Below, in pieces: positions 57,801 through 64,000 of a stretch of 64,000 nt of DNA. The stretch comes from Eledone cirrhosa (taxonomy: Eukaryota): assembly GCA_964016885.1 (NCBI GenBank), contig OZ024756.1, positions 23,746,001 to 23,810,000 on the forward strand, written 5' to 3'. The number at the start of each line of letters is the position of its first letter. Position 1 is the stretch's first letter. Under the pieces are notes generated by a model. It searched no databases, was not told the origin of the DNA, and saw only the letters and a program-made list of their open reading frames with translations. The translations under genes were made by a program, and so were the position numbers.

Positions 57801-60254
57801 TCTAGAACTAGCTGTTGAAACAGCAAGAGCTCAGCCGTCCGGTCTCAACTCTTTCTAATATACATATATATACATAGATGCACTGTGTTTCTTTTCAGAC
57901 ATTTTATTTAACAGGCAGTTTTTATCTTCTTCCTGCAACCATCTTCAATCAATAAAGGGTTCCAATCATGGCGGTGTAGCTAATATCAACATAAATCCAT
58001 TGTTATCATCTGTACATTGCCGAAATTTCCGAACGAATTCCCTCCACAAGAACAGCAAGGTCCATGGTAATGGTTCAGATGAGGACAAGGAAGCACCAAA
58101 GGGTTTATCCATTATTCAACGGTTCAAACAAGCTTACAAGCAGCATGGTAAGGTTCTTGTTGGCGTTCACCTAGCCACGTCTGCAGCCTGGTTTGGTTCT
58201 TTCTATTATCTCACTTTAAGGTAAATATATTCAGCTTTTTTTTTTTGTATTTATTTTTTATGTTGGATGTGCAATGTAAGTGTGAGAGAAAGGCAGAACT
58301 TGGACAAGCTGAGGGAAAAGCTGGGTTTAAGAGGAGTCCAAGGTGGTGTGCAGGAAAGAAGACTGCATTGGTATGGACATGTGATGCACATGGATGATGA
58401 TTGATGGGTGAAGAAGTGGAAGGAAGCTGCAGTAGAGGTAGACCAAGAAAAATCTGGGCAGGAGTGGTAAGAAATGACCGCAAATGACTGAGACTTATGG
58501 AGGAGATAATAAAGGAATGTGGCGAATGGAGGGATGCCATGCTGAGAAGGTCCCGTCCAACCCATGCAAACATGGAAAAGCATTATATATCCCTGCATGT
58601 CATAAGAAGTGATTAAAGGGTTAGTGTCAGGAATCAGGAAGGGTCTCTGGCTGCACAGGCATAACTAGAGTAAATAATGCCTATGGCAAGCACTGAAATT
58701 GCGCCCTTACTCAAACATAACTTATATAAATGGTTTAATGATCCAGCCACCATAGTGTTTCTCACCTATGATAATCAAAGACAGATCAATACATCTGAAG
58801 AAGTTTCTTTTTTCACTCTCTGACAATAGCTTATCTGACTTTAATAGAATGTGCTCCTAGTCCAAGTGACACCCTTAGCATGTGCCATGCTTGCCATACC
58901 CTAGTTATGCCTCTGTTTGGCTGTAAAGAATTGCTTCAAAATGTCCTATCCAATCTATACCAGCATGGTAAAGTTAACAATAATGTTGATGTTGATGATT
59001 TTTTTTTCTTTTAACTCTTTCAATCAATCCATGAAGTTCCTGTAACTAGTGTAGCCAGTCATTGGGGTGCCACTGTAGACATTTAATTATGTGTCCTCCA
59101 TCATTGCATTTCTTCTCTGCCCACTTATTCCTGGGAGGGTTGTGGGAGCAGAGTCCTCAAACAAATCAGATACACATGTCTGTCTTCTCCTTGAGAGGGT
59201 CATGGGGCCAGAATCCCCCAAACACTCCTTCCAGTAAGTCCTGTCAGAAGCAACCATCTCCAATTGATCTGGCTGGATTCCCAAGGGAGACTGGCCAAGC
59301 TCATAGATGTTATTCAACCATTTTGCTCAGGCTCTATCCCTGGGTCTTGAGTCAGTTGGTTTTGCCTGTAGAATCTGCTTGGCAATTCCTTCCTGTAACA
59401 TTCTATTCTAACCATGTTAATTTATTTATATTTTTGGAAAAAATATTTTTTTTTTTTACATTATGGAAAAAAACGAAACAAAAATGAACGAAGTACATGT
59501 TTTCATATAAATGAAAATATGTGAAAAAAATGTTAATAATAATAAAAAAGTAATTGTCTGAAACAAGTAAAAGAAACTACTACTACTACTACCTGTTACA
59601 TCCACTGGCATGTAGGGCAGCAACGAAAGTCCTCCATTCCTTTCTGTCCTGGGTCACCTTCTGGATGGTACCCCATGTGTGTTGTCAGGTCTTCATATCT
59701 CCCTTAACTGTCCTGCACTAGATGTACTTCGGCTTTCTTCGTTTTCGCTTACCCTCTGGTGCCCAGTGAAGGGCTGCTCTTGGGATGAAGTAAAAAAAAA
59801 GATTTTCGTATTTTCTATACAAGACAATAAAAACATAAATGTATCCATTCCACCCTCTCCACATAAATTTGTTTATTTTTGTCTTTATTTTTAATCTGTT
59901 TATTTCAGTGGTTTTGATATAATCCCTGTCCTCGAAAGACTAAATGTAAGTGAAACAATAATCAACCAATTTAAAACATCTGGCATTGGAAATATAGCTG
60001 TGGCATACCTGATATACAAACTTGCTACGCCTGTCCGATATACAGTGACTTTAGCAGGAACAAATCTGGTGATACGTTACTTCAAGAAAACTGGGCGCAT
60101 GAAACCGGTGCCAGACGAGGCCAAATTCAAAAGACTCTATTCTGACAGTAAGCTGTATTTAAATACTACAAGAAAACAACTTAAGAAAAGTAGGTTACAA
60201 AAAATGAAGAGAAGATTCCTGAAACTTAAAAAATTGAAAAAGAAACGGTTTTAG
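54434..60254 (+). CDS. FAM210A: FAM210A (DUF1279 mitochondrial inner-membrane protein), 3 coding exons, 828 nt / 275 aa; join(54434-54593,57899-58220,59909-60254)
   Basis: SIIQRFKQAYKQHGKVLVGVHLATSAAWFGSFYY...GNIAVAYLIYKLATPVRYTVTLAGT matches the FAM210A core as I recall it (QRFKKTFRQYGKVLIPVHLITSGVWFGTFYY...AYALFKIATPARYTVTLGGT); basic presequence-like N-terminus; GT-AG introns of phases 1 and 2. Confidence 0.9.
54885..54963. mobile_element. Third member of the hammerhead foldback family
   Basis: ttctacagacctagaactgttttattc...gaatGAAACAGctttagtcCTGTAGAAA, next to (TA)n(GA)n. Confidence 0.55.
57899..58220 (+). CDS. FAM210A: FAM210A coding exon 2
   Basis: cttttcag|AC...TTA AG|gtaaat; start of DUF1279. 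Confidence 0.9.
58261..58582 (+). mobile_element. Old RTE LINE 3' end in FAM210A intron 2
   Basis: WMCNVSVRERQ...RRLHWYGHVMHM...GRPRK, ending in cccgtccaacccatgcaaacatggaaa. Confidence 0.8.
59110..59420 (-). mobile_element. RTE (Expander-like) LINE 3' fragment
   Basis: Homologous to 51390-51610. Confidence 0.65.
59909..60254 (+). CDS. FAM210A: FAM210A last coding exon
   Basis: tatttcag|T GGT TTT...; AYLIYKLATPVRYTVTLAGT; stop TAG at 60252-60254. Confidence 0.92.
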
Positions 60255-62878
60255 TAATTAAAAAAAAAAACACAAACTTATTTGATTAATTAGTTGATTG
60301 ATTCGATAATTAACTGTGGTAAATTTAATGATAATACCATGGTTTTGTTTTGTTTTGCTGTGATCTGTGAGAACAAAAAAAAGTCTAAAATATGCTGCAA
60401 CAAGGACAAAGGAAACTTTACATACAGCACAAATTTTCTGGCACCTGTGCCTCCAGACCCATACCAACCTATATAATATTTCTATATAATAATGCATAGC
60501 TTAGTAGTTAGGGTGTTCAGATGACAGTTGAAAGGTCATCAGTTCAATTCCCACAGGCATATTGTGTCCTTGAGCAAAACACTTTATTTCACATTGCTCC
60601 AGTTTACTCAGTTAACAAAAGTGAGTTGTGCCTATAATTGAAAGGGTCAGTCATGTCACTCTCTTAGAATTATGTTATGGATACACAGTAATTTCTGTGC
60701 AGTGCTCAGAGATTTACATGTTAATTTCACAAGCTCCAGGTAGGTCCAACACATAGGAAAAGTCGATCGACAATTTCCCATATCCCATTTGCTTACTGAG
60801 TGGGTTAGAACTCATCAAATCAAGGAAACAATGTTTTCATTGGTCTTTCCAATGCTGATACTATCAATCAGTTACAACTCCTGGCAGAAAGAGCAATGTG
60901 AAATAAAGTGTCTTGCTCAAGGACATAATGCATCACCCAGTCTAAGAATCAAACTCACATCATGATTGCAAATCCAATTCTCTTACCACCAAGCAATGCA
61001 CCTTCACAGGTCTGACACATAATTATTATATATTAGTTGATATTTATTACATATTACTATGTCATATATAAAGAATAAAGACCCCCTTCGTTCATGAATG
61101 ACCATGGGTTTTGCCATAAGAAAATTCCTCTCCAAGATAAAAACCCTGGCAAGGAGTTTTTGTGGAAGATTAGCAGTTATCCATGAATGCCAGTCTCTCC
61201 TCTCCATGCCACCGATGTTGTCTATGGGAAAGGCAATAGCTGATACAGCATGGCACCAGTGATGTTGCAACTTCTATATACGCTATGTACAGTTTAAATA
61301 CACTATATATGATGTTGTCAAAGGAAAGGCAAAGATTGATACAGCTTGGCACCAGTGAAACGACAACAGACACGCACTACATATACACTATATATGATGT
61401 CTAAGAGAAAGGCAATGGCTTGGCACCACTGATGTTGCAACTCATTTCTACAGCTGAGTGAACTGGAGCAACGTGAAATAAAGTGTCTTGCACAAGGACC
61501 AATGTACTGCCCAGCCCAGGAATTAACCCTTTAGTGTTCAAACTGGCCAGAATTCTCTACCTCTTTCTGTTGAAACTGGCTGTAACTGGTCCTCAAACTG
61601 ATGTTAAGGTATTGTTTTCAAAATAAATACTTTCAAAATCTCATAGATTCAATATTATGTGAGGTAAAGCCTTTACCATGAAAACATAATAGTATATATA
61701 AAATAATGTGAATCCAACTCTCTAACCACTAAGCCATGCTACTCCACAACTATTATATATATTACTATGTAATAATTTCACTTTGCCAGAATATATAAGG
61801 ATTTTGTAGAAACATATGAAGTTGGAAACATTTTCTCCACTTTTCAGATATAACACACACGAAGGCAGATAAACATTTACAATTCAATCTAATGTCACAC
61901 AGTAAATTCCTAACTTCAATTAACTAAGTTAAGTTTGGTTTGGTGGATCACAAGACATTCCAACCTTACCATAAGTGTATCTGGATTAAAAGAGGCATGG
62001 GTCGTTGGAGGCCCAGCAGTTGCTGGACAATCAGTGTTGTATTTGGATTATAATTTCATTGAGATGGTGCAGAAGGGAAGGGAGACGAGGAAAGCAATAC
62101 AGAAATAACATGAAAAATTCCGTTATAGGATTTTGTTATCTGTGATTCTGTGAGAAAGAATGGTACATAGGATAGTGGTATGTAGGATGAACAGTACGTA
62201 GGAAGAATGGTATGTATTTGTAGAATATGAAATAGAGTTGATTTCAAATTTTTTTTTTTTTTTTTTTTCTTTTTTTAGTTACAAATAAATATTATTTTCT
62301 ATTATAACTATATGTTTAGTCTTTGTTATTGGTGAGCAGACATGGCTGTGTGGTTAAGGAACTTGCTTTGTAACTGGTTGTTTTCGGGCTCTAATATATA
62401 TATATATATATATATATGTAAGTATATATTACACAAAGAGAAATGTGTTACACGGTGAGAAGTGTGTAAAGAATTATTACAAGTGATTTTTACCGTTACT
62501 GTATAGGAAACAATATCTACAGGTAAGCAATTAAATAGAAAAAAACCAGATCAGAATCAAATCTCTGGATTGGAATTTTAAATCACAAACCTTATAACTA
62601 TATTTTGCTGATACGAACCTAGTTTTTCGTTTCAACACTTATATGTGTCACCACCTATATGTGCAGTATAACAGTCCGCATGGATCATCAGTCAGCAAAA
62701 TGCGAGACTGAAATCTGTACATCTAACCCTTATAGCTAGAGAGATTGCAAATAGACACGCGAGCCAGAGTGGGTGAAATCACGTGTTATTCGAATTAAAT
62801 AACGGCTCTCATTTTGTATAATATATATATGTATATGAACAATTTTTCCAAGCATAAAACATCTTGGTTCATGAACAC

Positions 62879-62909
<31 letters not shown>

Positions 62910-62916
<7 letters not shown>

Positions 62917-63196
62917 CACATACAGGTTCCACCGTATATATATATATATATATAGCTTCAGTCTGACCGGTGTCTTGTTAGTGAATATGGTAGATGGAAG
63001 GAACTCTATCATGTGTGTATGTATAATATATATATATATATATATATAAACACATACACATACAGGTTCCACCGTATATATATATATATATATATAGCTT
63101 CAGTCTGACCGGTGTCTTGTTAGTGAATATGGTAGATGGAAGGAACTCTATCGTGTGTGTATGTATAATATATATATATATATATATATAAACACA
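62910..63196. repeat. ~140-bp tandem duplication immediately 5' of the LINE fragment
   Basis: cacatacacatacaggttccaccg...gaaggaactctatc occurs twice. Confidence 0.9.
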
Positions 63197-64000
63197 TGGC
63201 TAAGACTAAAGTTCTAGTTTGTAGGAAAGAAAATAAGGTGTCGGTCCCTTCCGGGAAATGGCCATGCTCAGTGTGTAGGAAAGGCATAGGTAGAAACTGC
63301 ATTTTATGTCCCAAGTGCAAAGTATGGGTGCATAAAAGATGTAGTGGGATCACAGGTAAGCTAACTAAGAACATAGATTTTACATGTGGCCGATGCTCTG
63401 GTGCAATAAGTAGCAGCAAGTGCCCACAAGATACTAGCACTTTCAATTGCGCAGAGGGTTCTATAGAAATAGTGGACAGCTTCCGTTACCTGGGTGACAA
63501 AATCAGCAGTGGGGGAGGGTGCTCTGAAAGTACAGTAGCTAGAGTCAGAACTGGATGGAAAAAGTTCAGAGAGCTTATACCACTATTAGCCGCTAAAGGG
63601 TTCTCCCTAAAAATGAAAGGCAGGTTGTATGATGCCTGCATATGAACAGCAATGTTGCATGGCAGTGAGACTTGGGCATTGTGTGCAGAGGATATACGCA
63701 GACTAGAGAGGAATGAAGCTTGCATGCTCCGCTGGATGTGTAATAGTAATATACGTGAACGGCAAAGCATAAACGAACTAAGGGAAAAATTAGACATAAG
63801 AGGGATCAGATGTTTACTCGAGAGAAGGCTACGTTGGTATGGTCACGTGATGCGCATGAAAGACGACAGCTGTATAAAAAAGTGCAGGGCAAAAAATAAA
63901 GATAGACGGTAGCCACGGAGTAGGCAGACCCAGAAAAACCTGGGATGACCTGATAAATTCCGACCTCACACACTTACACCTCTCCAAGACAATGTCACTG
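63196..64000 (+). mobile_element. RTE-clade LINE fragment, same family as 14689-15670
   Basis: Near-identical translation (KWPCSVCRKG...FRYLGDKISSGGG...RRLRWYGHVMRM); stop at 63643; runs off the right edge. Confidence 0.92.

Noticed and set aside
60294-60476. 60-aa ORF after the FAM210A stop
   Set aside because: Non-ATG start, no recognisable homology and no strong acceptor; most likely 3'UTR.

Overview
AT-rich, microsatellite- and repeat-dense animal genomic DNA, most likely an octopod cephalopod (inferred from the (TA)n/(TG)n load and the tRNA-derived SINE and RTE LINE content; not proven). Three intron-containing genes can be rebuilt by hand from GT-AG junctions with consistent phases. 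(1) The 5' part of an inositol monophosphatase (IMPA1/IMPA2 family) on the minus strand: 5 coding exons at 124-4263, running off the left edge. (2) A complete mRNA cap guanine-N7 methyltransferase RNMT on the minus strand: 11 coding exons at 18912-46189, 517 aa. (3) A complete FAM210A (DUF1279, mitochondrial) on the plus strand, divergent from RNMT: 3 coding exons at 54434-60254, 275 aa. The rest is SINEs, RTE/CR1 LINE fragments, a DD37D maT transposase remnant, MITEs, a Helentron-like element, minisatellites and microsatellites. Most interesting signals: (a) small foldback elements inside (TA)n tracts that carry type-I hammerhead-ribozyme cores (Penelope-like/retrozyme-like); (b) a head-to-head RNMT-FAM210A pair next to an IMPA gene, mirroring human 18p11.21; (c) an RNMT that keeps the RAM-responsive lobe and adds an acidic tail; (d) minisatellites born from a LINE ORF, a MITE end and a splice acceptor. 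Most ORFs in the supplied track are microsatellite artefacts.
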